A stretch of DNA of 64,000 bases from assembly GCA_965112155.1 (NCBI GenBank), contig OZ218099.1. One strand, 5' to 3'. Made by a program: the position numbers and the translations under genes. Source of the stretch: Podarcis liolepis (Eukaryota). The notes below the pieces were generated by a model. That model did not search any database. It was not told the DNA's origin and saw only the letters and a list, made by a program, of their open reading frames with translations. Below, piece after piece: positions 43,401 through 53,087 of the stretch (the stretch's first letter is position 1; each line of letters begins with the position of its first letter).

Positions 43401-46400
43401 CCCTCCTCAGGCTCTGTTCCCACACATAGTTTAGGCACGGTATGACTACTATTATGAATCTTAATTCTTTACACACAGCTACCATTCCCTTGCTCATAGG
43501 TTGTTTTGTGGTAGGGTACAAGTTCGAAGAATAACTGACACAAAAGAGGGATATGAGATGAGCCAGCCACTAAGGATTGCCTGAGACAAGCGCAGAAACT
43601 GTAGGTAACATGAAAAGATTACCAATGGAATAATATGCTTCATAGATAATTTTATCATGAAGTCCCTCAGGAGAGAAGCTTTATCTCCGACAGAAAGCTC
43701 TCTCACCAGAAGCCAATGTCCCCCCCCCCCCATATATATCCCCCAGGGTACAGACCTGACAGCTCAGTCAGTAATTTTTGCATTACCAGCTCTGTCAAAC
43801 AGAGTCGCACTCCTCTTATTGCACAACTTACAACTGCTGCAAATTCAGACACAAAATTCAGACTGAGCATAAATAAATAAATAAGCCACTTGCATGCTGC
43901 AGGGAACGTGTTTTGTGTGCATCTTGCATGAGGCACCAGCTAGGCTTATGTTTTAAAGTTTGTATGTGTGTATGTGTGTTTTAGAGCAGCCCCATTCTTT
44001 TGTATGTTTGCCTGCTGCTTAGCAACGAAAGGGTCCTGCACAGTCAGGCACTAAAATTAACAAAGTGTTTCCAGAGTTGAAGAAAGGCACTTGAGGATCA
44101 CAAAGATAAAACCAACCGCAACATCGAGAGAAGTTTTCAGAGAGAAATCTCAAATAAGTGGGTGGGTCGGGGCACTTAAAGGAGCAAAAAGTATTTGAGG
44201 TTGTTTTTTTTTTAAAAGATTCACATGACAAGACAGCAATAAACCTTGCTACTTTATTTGAAAGAGGGTTACTTGTATGCAAAGCACATTCTAAGGAAGG
44301 AAAAGCCCGAATGAAACTCGAAGGCTGTTTGATTTGTTTTTAAATAGAACAAAAATTAAGAAAGAAGGACACATCCTAAATCTGTGTAAACTGTGTAGGA
44401 ATTCATAGAGTTTTGCAGACTCACTTCAGAGGACATTCCGACCACAAAGAAATAGCAAACCTGTTGGTGTTCTATACATGTCCTTTCATGAGTGTAGCCA
44501 GTATTTTTATGGGGGGGGGGAACGACCTCAGATTTGTTTTGATTTTGACTGATTTAGGGGGGCAGTTGCCCCTGGGCTACACTCATGTGTCCTTTAGACT
44601 TAAGGGCACCATCAGGGCTTTTTTCCAGCTGTAATTCACTGGAACTCAGTTTTGGCACCTCTCAGGTGGGTGCCCTTGCCATTAGAAGAGAACAAAGGAG
44701 GTGTTCGTGGTGAGTTCTGGCATCCCTTTTTCTAGAAAATAGCACTGGGCACCATATTAATTTCAGGCCATTCATACCAAACCAATTCATACCAAACCAA
44801 ACCAAAAACTATCAGTAAGAGATATTCTAGGCAGGTAGACTTGACCAGTCTAGGCAGGTAGACTAGGACCAACACACTCAAGAGTAAAGAATCCTGGAAC
44901 CATTTGGGCAAGAGCCAGGAGGTGGTTGTGCATTTACTGCCTGAAGTGTGATATATTTCCCACTCCTTGAGAAAGAAAGGATTGGCGCAATGACCCCTTC
45001 CTAGGTTATCAAAGACGAAAAAAATACTATTACATGGAGACATGGGCATGATGCCAAGCAGAAACGACATAAATGAAATAAAAGCACTTGGGAAAGATAT
45101 GATTAAAAACAAATAAACAGCTACTCTAGCTGCATTGCCCTAAGAGGCCCCCATAAATCTTCTCCTTAAACTGCACTTGAAAGAAAGAAATAAAAAGCAT
45201 AGCAGCGTTTCTAAATGGGTTTTTATAGTGTGAATGAATATGATGGCAAAAAAGGTGACAGACCTCAATGGTTGTTATTCTCCTGTCACACCTATATTAT
45301 CAACAACACTTTAATTTAGAACCCATGCTACCACTAGACGCTGCTGAACAAAGCCCAAAATCAAAGGCATGCTTGGGAAGTCATGCAGAATAATGTTGCC
45401 TTTCGACCTTCACTATGACAGTTTACTGCTCTGAGACTAGATTTTTGTTCACCATCCCCAGCTGCAGGGAGAACTGCTTGGGGGCTAGTTTTAAGAGGAC
45501 TCAGCTACCTGCCAGTAAAACATGGAGGCCAAACTCTGTCCAAAGATTTGCTTTCCAGCTGTCTGCAGATGGTGGCAGAGAGGACGTTTAGTTAGCAAAA
45601 GATCCAGCTTCTAGCAAATCGGTCCATAGAGATGGGGGTGGGGAATTGGAACTGAAAATATATATGCCAAAGTGTTGCACTTAAGGAGGAAGAAAGACAT
45701 TCACTAAGGAACAACAGCAAGAAAGGCAGCAATGTCACTCCTCTTCCAACTTTGTCCATGCTTTTATGAGGTTGCTTTTAATTTGGCTCCTAAATGCAAC
45801 AAAGCCTGTTTCAAAGGCACGGGCATTGCACTCATTCCATCCAGTAGTTATTGCATAAATTCTGCATCTATAATAATGCTGGCTATTTTCAGTTTAGCCT
45901 TTGATAGAAGCTAAAGAGTTTGGTTTATACTGTACTGAAGTATTTGTTAAGGAAGGCAATGTTAGTGCTACATGTTCCCTTTTGTTCTGTTTGCCAGATC
46001 TACTCATAAGATAATGGGGGTTCTAAATCCTCCGTACTACCTAATAGCAAGCATGAGATAAATAAGTTATTCAAGGCGTTACCTCTGTTTGAAAACCTTC
46101 CACCAAGATGGCAACCAACAAGTTAAAGAGAACGTAGTTTCCGAATGTCATGAGGGCAATGAAGTAGAGGGCAGCCCAGGAAGAGGTAGAAGCCATGCCG
46201 TTGTACAGGACTTTATTCCAGTCTTCCTGAGTCAGTATCTGGATGGGGGGGGGGGGAGGGGAGGGCACGTTAAGGGAGATAGAAGCACAGATCATTTGCA
46301 CTCTCTTAAAGTTAGTTTGTCCTGCTCAGTTGAAGTGAAAAAGCATATTTTGTTCTTTGAATAAATAATTGTTTCAATTCTTTGCCATTTTAAAGCTTGT

Positions 46401-49228
46401 CATTCACATCAGCATTTCAGACAACAAAAACAAATCCTGCAAAGACACTGGTTTCTAAAAACTGCATCCGGAAAACCAAAACTTAAGTAGGTTCTGTATT
46501 TTATGAGCAGGCATTCCCCACTCCTACCCCCAAAATGCTTATAGATCTCTCCAGGGCTTTTTTTCCAGCTGGAACTCAGTGGGTGCCACTGCCATTTTAG
46601 CCTCTCAGGTGGGCACCATTGACATTATAAGAGAATGAGGGAGGCGTTCATGGTGAGTTCCGGCACCTCTTTTTCAAGAAAAAAATAGCACGTGCTCTCT
46701 CTTAGCATTCAGTATGACATTTTGGAGAATCTCAAGCTGTCATCTCTTCAAGGGATAGGTGCTTGCTTATTCTTTCTGTAAACCAATTTGAATTATTTTT
46801 TTAAATCTCTTTGAGATTTGATTACCATCAACCAATATATAAACTCTGTGAAATAAATAAATGTTAGCCGTAATGGTTGCATTACCTGGAAAACAGTAAC
46901 GATGGCCCAGAGCAAGGAATCAAAGTTCTTCCTGTCGGGAAGAGTGTCTCCATCTCTCTCCGAAGCAAATTTACAGCCAAAGAGATGCATCCCAAGAATA
47001 CTGAATGAAAGGGGGAAATGAGTAAATAAAAGAACAAGAACAAGATGGTATTGAAAGAGAGACCCCCCCATCTTAGCAAATAATGTTTGGAGTGAAGTTC
47101 CTTACTCCTGCATCCCGCCACTCATGGGACAAAGAAAAAAAAGAAAAGAAATGGGAATTCAGCTTTTAGTAAGCTACTTTCTCTGAGCTCTGACACCATG
47201 CCCTGTGGTGACTAGCAGTTGAAGGCTCATATAGGATAAGGCTTCATTTGTTGGAATGAAAAAGTTTGAAGACTCTCACATTATGAAGAATGTTGGGCTC
47301 TAGAGGGTTCACAAACTAAAAACCAAAGTGTTGCTCAGCCTGGGGAGTTTCAGGGTTAAAGTCATCAGAAGTAGAAGCATACTACACCACTCAGGTGGGG
47401 GAAAGAAATAACTACCATTTTCAAAATATGCAGAGTTGTAGCACTGTACATTAAATCACTTTCCATCTTAGCAACTTGTACTGTTTTGCCATGGCACATA
47501 AATGAATATTGGCCAATTCAACCTCAAAGCACAGACACAACAGGCTTCAAAAGGGAATGAAGGGGCTCATTTAAGTACCCACCTGAAGATAAATATGAAA
47601 AGCATCAGCAACATGCAGAATGTGGCGACATTGTCCATTGTTTTCATGAGCACCACCAGCTGGCGCTGGAGAGCAGGCATGAAACGGACCAGTTTCAGGA
47701 CTCTCATAAGGCGAAAGGTCCGTAGAACAGACAAGCCTCCACCCTGCTGTCCCACTATCTCCCAGACACTAAGAAGATAAAAGAATAATGTTAAATGGGT
47801 TCTTGTGAGGAAGAAGTACATCCATGCATAGAGTGCATATAGCAAAAGTGGGGAAGGCCTATAGTACAAACTAGCTAGTAGAGCTCAGCGGTGTGAAACA
47901 GAGATGCTCACAGGATGCTGCATACTACATGAGACAAGAACTTCAGGTAATACAGACCTACAAGTATCTGCTGCAGAAATATGGAGGCCCAGGGGCAAAT
48001 GGAGAAACATACATTTTCCTGGTTTGTTTTTTAATGACTCAGTATTATCACCCACTGAAAATGCTGTTATAAACTGGGAAGGGGGAGGGGACCTCATATT
48101 TTCCTATTGCAAAGTTATCTGTGAAATTTAATTACATCACAAGAATTGTGCTGTTCTGAGCTTTCTCTCTGGAAAAATCAATTTCTTCTCTTTCTGTAGT
48201 ATATTCTTCTGTATGTATACTGCTTCCAGATGCAAACAATCTCATTTTGTTTACTATAATGTTGATACACGTTTTGAGACTGGGTACATATGCAATTATG
48301 ATTTGGGGGAAAAGAGATTTCATAAATACACCAAATGCTCCTGTTTGGTGTGTTAACAGCTAATAAAGTTATATACCCAACACTTTTCATTTTCTTAAAC
48401 TGTTAATGTTTAAGGTGGACAAAGTTACTGAGTACTGCATACATTTCAGCTTTCCCCCCAAGACCTTAGGATTTCTGAAAATTTTAAATTTCTAGCCAGA
48501 ACTTGCATTTGAATTAAAAAGAATTATGCCAGCATACACTCCTAACATATTTTGCATGTGCCTGAAAACTGAACAAGCAGCCAGATAGGTATAAGCCCAC
48601 TTTGAGGATACTTTACTTAATGGATGAGTGGTAAATGTTGAACGATCTCTTCAACTGGAAAGTTCTGCAGATAGAAATATCTTTTTTTTGGTCATGCACT
48701 TTTTAAAGATAATATGTGCTAAAGGAAACAGGTACATTCTTGGCTGCCATTCCCAGTGTGTGGCTGCCACAAGGAAGGAAAATAGCATTTAAGTAGCTGC
48801 TGTTCAGTGGTTCCCCTATGCAGGAAATTCCCCTGAAGAAGTTATCAAAATGGTGCTGTTGCACATAATCATGAGAGACGGGAAACAGCGCTGGTTTTTA
48901 GGAAGTTTTCACAGCAGTTCTGGAGCACATATTCTAACAGAGAGAGCAAAAGAACCGAGACACCCATAAACATTTCAGACGTTCCTTACTATTTTCCTGC
49001 AGCTTTATTTTAAATAGCCCAGTTGGGAGAAATCACTTTACCTGCTCACATAAAATGACAACTCCAGGCCAGTTACCTGATCACTACGATGATCCCATCA
49101 AATATATTGTATGGATTTTTGATGTAGCCAAAAGGGCCGTACACGAGCAGTTTCAGAAGCATTTCTAGGGCAAAGAGACTAGTGAAGACAATATTGCTGA
49201 TTTCCAGTGCATTGGTGAGTTCTTCAGG
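2362..49228 (-). CDS. CACNA1G: Voltage-dependent T-type calcium channel alpha-1G (Cav3.1), partial multi-exon gene (exons ~10-25; the gene continues beyond both ends)
   Basis: 16 exons with AG/GT boundaries and compatible phases give a stop-free 812-codon frame. Pore loops TQEDW (repeat II) and SKDGW (repeat III) fit the T-type EEDD filter. The EITKRE...QLPVDS cassette and SKEKQMA alternative donor are CACNA1G-specific features, distinguishing it from CACNA1H/I. Confidence 0.96.
2771..2860 (-). CDS. CACNA1G: Exon ~24 (90 nt), repeat III pore loop
   Basis: tctag|GCC...CAG|gtacgt; [30 protein letters not shown]. Confidence 0.96.
3605..3730 (-). CDS. CACNA1G: Exon ~23 (126 nt), repeat III extracellular turret
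   Basis: cacag|TTG...CAG|gtatta; [42 protein letters not shown]. Confidence 0.96.
7682..7808 (-). CDS. CACNA1G: Exon ~22 (127 nt), repeat III S4-S5 linker and S5
   Basis: ttcag|G GTC...CAG|gtaggc; [42 protein letters not shown]. Confidence 0.96.
8132..8428. mobile_element. Non-autonomous Tc1/mariner (pogo/Tigger-like) MITE, family A, 297 bp
   Basis: TA target duplications (8130-8131, 8429-8430); TIR CAGTGGTGCCCCGCAAGACGAA / TTCGTCTTGCGAGGCACCACTG; reiterated GCAAGACGAA subterminal motifs; internal AAGCCG-based short tandem array at ~8293-8352. Confidence 0.88.
8489..9290 (+). mobile_element. Possible LTR- or DIRS-like terminal repeat remnant
   Basis: CpG-retaining ~800-bp block with CCAAT boxes and AATAAAGTTGTGGCC followed by a GT-rich tract; boundaries and TSD unresolved. 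Confidence 0.35.
9528..9686 (-). mobile_element. 5'-truncated lizard SINE, 3' portion with (CTT)n tail
   Basis: GAA-rich tail on the plus strand; body GGAGTCTCAAAGCGG...CCCCCACAACAAACACTCTGTGAGG; candidate TSD GAGAAAG at 9521-9527 and 9687-9693. Confidence 0.65.
12430..13270 (-). mobile_element. Decayed L2 LINE 3' fragment (ORF2 C-terminus and tail)
   Basis: Minus translation near 12950-13075 gives [41 protein letters not shown], and KALNGLGP lies downstream; both are typical L2 ORF2 C-terminal motifs. Confidence 0.8.
16005..16225 (+). mobile_element. Decayed L2 LINE 3' fragment
   Basis: GCCGAATTCAAGGTGCTAATATTATTCTTTAATCTCCTAAATAGCTTGGGGCCATGCTAC = [20 protein letters not shown], an L2-like motif. 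Confidence 0.6.
16311..16490 (+). mobile_element. Degenerate tRNA-derived SINE (Squam3-like)
   Basis: Head GGCTGTAGCTCA...TAGAGCATCT, body AGGTAGGGCTGGG...GTGTAGACAACACTGAGC; matches the reverse complement of 30563-30760. Confidence 0.75.
16529..16891 (-). mobile_element. Full-length Sauria SINE
   Basis: (ACCTTT)n tail on the minus strand; tRNA-like head with B box GGTTCGAATCC; perfect 12-bp TSD TGTTAATACATA at 16517-16528 and 16892-16903. Confidence 0.9.
18014..18198 (-). CDS. CACNA1G: Exon ~21 (185 nt), repeat III S3-S4
   Basis: gacag|GTG GTG...TTA AG|gtaagg; [23 protein letters not shown]...[15 protein letters not shown]. Confidence 0.96.
19310..19378 (-). CDS. CACNA1G: Exon ~20 (69 nt), repeat III S2
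   Basis: aatag|GAA...AAG|gtaaat; [23 protein letters not shown]. Confidence 0.95.
19595..19615 (+). promoter_or_regulatory. Candidate RE1/NRSE (REST-binding) element in intron 19
   Basis: GTTAGTACCATGGACAGCTGC versus consensus TTCAGCACCA(C/T)GGACAGCGCC; core ACCnnGGACAG intact with canonical spacing. Confidence 0.45.
20186..20248. repeat. (ATCT)n / GATA tetranucleotide microsatellite
   Basis: Direct observation. Confidence 0.95.
20279..20496. mobile_element. Tc1/mariner (pogo/Tigger-like) MITE, family B, 218 bp
   Basis: TA duplications; TIR CAGTGGTATCTCGGGTTA / TAACCTGAGGTACCACTG; reiterated CAGGTTAAGAAC-like motifs. Confidence 0.87.
22096..22312 (-). mobile_element. CR1-type LINE 3' end fragment
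   Basis: Similar to 50178-50280 (GGCCCGTCTAGACCAGCATCCTGTTCTTACAGTGGCCA; ATCATGGCTAGTAGCCATGGA...CCTCCATGAA). Confidence 0.6.
27283..27406 (-). CDS. CACNA1G: Exon ~19 (124 nt), repeat III S1
   Basis: cctag|A TTC CGT...GCT|gtgagt; [41 protein letters not shown]. Confidence 0.96.
28741..28926. mobile_element. Palindromic MITE remnant
   Basis: Inverted arms GGGCGGTATCCAACTAA...CAGTGCAAGGATTTCTGCTT / AAGCAGAAATCCTTGCACTG...TTAGTTGGATACCACCC. Confidence 0.7.
29188..29288 (-). CDS. CACNA1G: Exon ~18 (101 nt), end of II-III linker
   Basis: Hand-translated: long pyrimidine tract, ttaag|AGT AAA...TCT AA|gtaagg = [33 protein letters not shown](K). Confidence 0.93.
30563..30760 (-). mobile_element. 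tRNA-derived SINE (Squam3-like)
   Basis: Minus strand reads ...TGCATGTAGAAGGTTCAAGGTTCAATCCCTGGTATCTCCAGGTAGGGCTGGG...GACTCGGTGTAAGGCAGCTTCCT. Confidence 0.8.
31042..31083. repeat. (ATT)n microsatellite
   Basis: Direct observation. Confidence 0.95.
31400..31433. repeat. (AC)n microsatellite
   Basis: Direct observation. Confidence 0.95.
36070..36516 (-). CDS. CACNA1G: Exon ~17 (447 nt, phase 0-0), II-III linker
   Basis: cccag|GTG AGC...TTG|gtaagt; [12 protein letters not shown]...[18 protein letters not shown]...GERKSLLSG...DCNGK...DDEGNL. Confidence 0.95.
36709..36893 (-). CDS. CACNA1G: Exon ~16 (185 nt), II-III linker
   Basis: ctcag|TG ATG...CCG|gtacgt; (L)[31 protein letters not shown]...YDLKSP, with the conserved Cav3 [12 protein letters not shown] motif. 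Confidence 0.93.
37621..37711 (-). CDS. CACNA1G: Exon ~15 (91 nt), II-III linker
   Basis: Hand-translated: tctag|GGT GAT GCT...GCC T|gtaagt = [30 protein letters not shown]; phase 1 end fits the next exon. Confidence 0.9.
42394..42462 (-). CDS. CACNA1G: Alternative cassette exon 14 (69 nt, phase 0-0), II-III linker
   Basis: Not in the ORF track; translated by hand: ttcag|GAA ATC ACC...TCA GTG|gtatgt = [23 protein letters not shown], matching the mammalian 23-aa e14 cassette ([23 protein letters not shown] as recalled). Confidence 0.92.
44613..44747. mobile_element. hAT-type MITE, 135 bp
   Basis: TIR CAGGGCTTTTTT / AAAATAGCACTG; exact 8-bp TSD GGCACCAT at 44605-44612 and 44748-44755. Confidence 0.85.
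46083..46238 (-). CDS. CACNA1G: Exon ~13 (156 nt), repeat II pore and S6
   Basis: tccag|ATA...GAG|gtaacg; [52 protein letters not shown]. Confidence 0.96.
46552..46693. mobile_element. hAT-type MITE, same family as 44613-44747
   Basis: Homologous sequence in the same orientation; imperfect 8-bp TSD GATCTCTC/GCTCTCTC. Confidence 0.75.
46886..47000 (-). CDS. CACNA1G: Exon ~12 (115 nt), repeat II S5-pore
   Basis: ttcag|T ATT...CAG|gtaatg; [38 protein letters not shown]. Confidence 0.96.
47583..47768 (-). CDS. CACNA1G: Exon ~11 (186 nt), repeat II S4-S5
   Basis: cttag|T GTC TGG...TTC AG|gtgggt; [61 protein letters not shown], including the S4 R/K-x-x voltage sensor. Confidence 0.96.
49077..49228 (-). 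CDS. CACNA1G: Exon ~10 (152 nt), repeat II S2-S3
   Basis: ctccag|CCT...ATC AG|gtaact; [50 protein letters not shown]. Confidence 0.96.
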
Positions 49229-50177
49229 CTGGAGAAATGAAGAAAAAGGAGAAACAAAAATATATATGTCAAGATGAACAAAATTTGTGCTCTGATAGGC
49301 CAGGAGGTTCCAAGAGATGCGAGTAAATGTCAACTCAGTAATTACTGTATTCGTACAAGTCAGCAAGACAATGCTGGGGAATCTCTGGCCTATAAGTTAT
49401 TTGTTGGCTCCTACAGTGCCTTTTTGTAACTCCCGAAACTGACCCTAGCACACTATGAACAGCAGCTATGAGGGGGAATTTGGTATTTGATATCACCCCC
49501 GGCTCCCTATCTTCTGGTGACAAGACGAGCAATAAATTAGCAAGAGATTTTAAATTAGTCTTTATGGCATTATATGTTTCACAGGTAATTAGTACACATT
49601 AAATACAGCAAGATAGTTATTAAAAGACGTTGAGATGTGTATCATAATCTCACAAATAAAGTAGCACAGGGAGCTCAAGGGCACATTATCCTCGATCCTT
49701 ATATACACTCACTAATTAAGGAACTTTGGAAAATTAACTGCAACATGAAATCAATATTTTAAATAATGAGGAGTGATCTTCAGAACCCTTCTTGTTTTTG
49801 AGCATGCAGTTTGAGACTTGGTCTCAAATTCTTAAGCATATACGGTATATACACCGCTTCAGTTAAATTGGTTCCATGGAAATATGCACTATTAAAGTAT
49901 CAAAACCGAGATACCTATACCGTAATTTTGAAAACCCAGCAGACAAAAACAGAACAATCAGCAACATTTCAAAATGCCTAAAAGGTTTAAAAACAATAAC
50001 ACACACATAGGAGACAAAAGGGTTCTACTTGGTATCTAAAAGAAAATAAAGTTGGCAACAGGCAAGCCGCTCTGAGGAGCAAATTTCATAGGTGAGGCAC
50101 TATGGCTGAAAAGGCCACCTCTCTGGTTATCGCCCGCTTAAACTCTTAACAAGGAGGAAACAAACAGTAGATGAATA

Positions 50178-50915
50178 TAAGAACAGAAGAAGAGTCCAAT
50201 TGGATCAGACCAAAGGCCTATCTGGTCCAGTATCCTGCTTCCCACAATGGTCAAACAGGAGCCCACCGTAAGGTCACGAGGGCCATGGCACTGCCTCACA
50301 TTTGCTCCCCAGTCTAATCCTCCATACATTTACTTAATCCTCTTTTAAATCCCTACCCTTAAAAAAAAAAGCCACCTAAGGGCTGATGCAGACCATGCAC
50401 TTAAAGCACATGACCACCTTCAAAGAATTCTGGGAACTGTAGTTAAGAGTGATGGGGAAATGTAGCCCTGTGAGGAGGAAACTACATGCATAATTGTATA
50501 CGCTTCTATTTTGTTCCTGATCCTCTTAACTTGCCAATTTTTCTAAATTAAAAAAAACCCCAAAAATAAATGTTGGAACCTTTCCTTGTAACAGTTGCTC
50601 CAGCTCTCTAAGCATCTATGCTGCCATTTTCGGCACTTTTCCTGGTTCTACAATATCCTTTTGAAATACAGCAACCAAAACAGTAAGTACACAAAGTATA
50701 GTCATGCCATAGATTTTTTAAATAAATACTTCATTATATTGGCTGTTTTATTTTTAATCCCTTTTTCTAATAATCCCTAACATGGATGTTGCTGCCTCCC
50801 CCCCCCTTTTTTTTTTTACAGCTGCCACACATAGGTCAACTTTTTCATAATGTTATTCACCACGTCCCAAGATCTCTTTCCCGGTCAGTCAAACCAGCTC
50901 AGACCTAATCAGTTT
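50178..50915 (-). mobile_element. Decayed, interrupted CR1-type LINE 3' fragment
   Basis: Squamate CR1-like 3' end (TGGATCAGACCAAAGGCCTATCTGGTCCAGTATCCTG) plus ORF2-like remnant ending ACCACGTCCCAAGATCTCTTTCCCGGTCAGTC. Confidence 0.6.
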
Positions 50916-51541
50916 ATATTTTATGCCCAAATGTTCATCACTTTTCATTTACCTTAATGCGCCGGGCAGCACTGGACATGCTACGCCCCTGACAGAAACA
51001 ACTGCCTTGGGCACTTGCTATGTCCCCCTACCCAGCCACTCACTATGCACATCCTCAGCTTTGTTCCCTAGTCTTTGGGAAAACTATAGTCATGAGCATG
51101 TTCTGATCCTCTCACCAATGTTACATGTGCACCTTTTACAATTAAGATGGCTCAAGAAAACACCACTGCCAAAAATCAATCTTTTTTGGGGGGGGGGGGT
51201 TCATGATTTTCCTGCAAGAAATGCAAGCTATAATTTAGAAACAGACCCTTAACCAACTCTCTGTGCAATTCCCTGGGGTTTTTTTGGTTTATGTTTTTAT
51301 TAAAGGACTTTTCATGAGTTGCAAAAGTACATTCGGCGCCTCTGTTTTCAAATCGTACTCTTTTCTTCACTGAGAGTGGGGAGGAAGAAGCAAGGTGGGC
51401 CTAATTAATACGTTGGTTTACTTTTTCGCACGGGTCTTTAAAACATGTAAGATATTAAACACATTTTTCATCTAAAGCAAATAAACCTTGACACACACAT
51501 ATCCACTTAATGTATACTACATACACACACATACACTCATT

Positions 51542-51554
51542 CTCTCTCTGTCTC

Positions 51555-51600
<46 letters not shown>
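51542..51600. repeat. (TC)n microsatellite, interrupted
   Basis: Direct observation. Confidence 0.95.
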
Positions 51601-51602
<2 letters not shown>

Positions 51603-52665
51603 GTGGTAGGAGAGCTGCCCTATAAAGCAGTTTCAAATTGCCTTATTAAAACATGTGCTTTGAATGGAAAAATATCTTATTTACAATCTCAATGGCACTG
51701 AGGGAGTTGGCATATAGTTATTTTCATCCTGGAGGCCATATTATTTGAGAAGCAAATACTGAAGGCTCTCACAGTAGAAATACTAATCTTCTCTTTAATC
51801 TAGTATCCCACACTAATTTTTCATGCAGTTTTCTTCTTGAAATGTCACCCAGTGCAGCACTTGCAGCTCTGTATTTCCTACCAGAAAATGATATATTAGA
51901 ACTGTCTGAGCTTAATTCACAGTCTGTGAAAGAAAAAGACCCCTTCATTACTGTCAGTTGAAACAAACTAAGAATTTATGGTTAAATTGATTCTAATAAT
52001 GATATGGCTTTCATATCCATATCCGACTGTAATTCTATTTTGCTCCAGTTGAAAAAAACAAAGTACTCAAACTGCCCCAGTAGTAAGTAGTTACTACTAC
52101 TTACTGTAGTAAGTAACTACAGTACCTTTAATAGCAGGGCATGTTTTGCAGAAATGTATTTTGTAGAAGGATAGAGTTATCTAACCAGAGCAGAAATGCT
52201 GTTAACAGAATATTTTTTTAAAAGACAGCCTTTTCTAACTAGTCATATTATGAAGACTTTCAGGAGTTCCCCTCTTTTTCCTTAGCAAAATGGCTTGTAA
52301 ATTGTTGCTGTTTCTTTACTATTCAGTCTTCACTGCAATACATGTTCAGTATAATATATGCAGAGTAAAGATCACAACAGTAAACTGCTCCATTAAGAGG
52401 CCACAAAGAGGGCGTATAACTAACAAGAAAATTAAAAACAAGTTTTTTCAAGCAGAAACAATGCAGCTTCAAAGACAGGATCAAAACAAAGCACAGTTTT
52501 GGTATGGCAAACCAGAAGGGCCAATATACGGTACTACAGATAGTATGCAGCTATGCCTGAAAATCAATTCTGCATCAGAATCACAGCTGGACTTCTACAA
52601 TCATAGCAGGGAGGCAGATGGTGCTCGCTAGACCTGATGAGGCACCTAGGGTCACATCAGATGGT

Positions 52666-52803
52666 CATACCCGCCAACATTTCCCCGATGAAAATAGGGA
52701 TGTCCTAAGGAAAAGCTGGACATTCCGGGATAAAATCAGAAACCGGGATGGCTTCTGTAAATCTGGGATGGTCTCTGGGAAATAGGAACACTTGGAGGGT
52801 CTG
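52666..52803. mobile_element. Small MITE (hAT-like termini)
   Basis: Imperfect TIR CATACCCGCCAAC / CTTGGAGGGTCTG with reiterated CGGGA/GGGAT motifs; no clear TSD. Confidence 0.55.
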
Positions 52804-53087
52804 TGAGGTCACAAGTACATGGCAAAGTTATGCCCCCCCCCATCCTTCTCCCTTGCAAACATAAAGTAGATACTTAAGCAAGGCAATTTCACAAACGGCG
52901 CATAACTAAATGAACGTGTGTTTTACTTTGGTTCAGAAGGTGTCCCTGCTGTCACAGTTCCTTCTCTGGGATGGGAGAAATGTTGTGTGACCTCCACCTC
53001 ACTCTGAAGAAGATCCTTACATTGCAACTTAGGTTCTTTGCAGAGTTTGGCTCTGTGGACAGGCCCCAAAGAACACATGAAATTGTA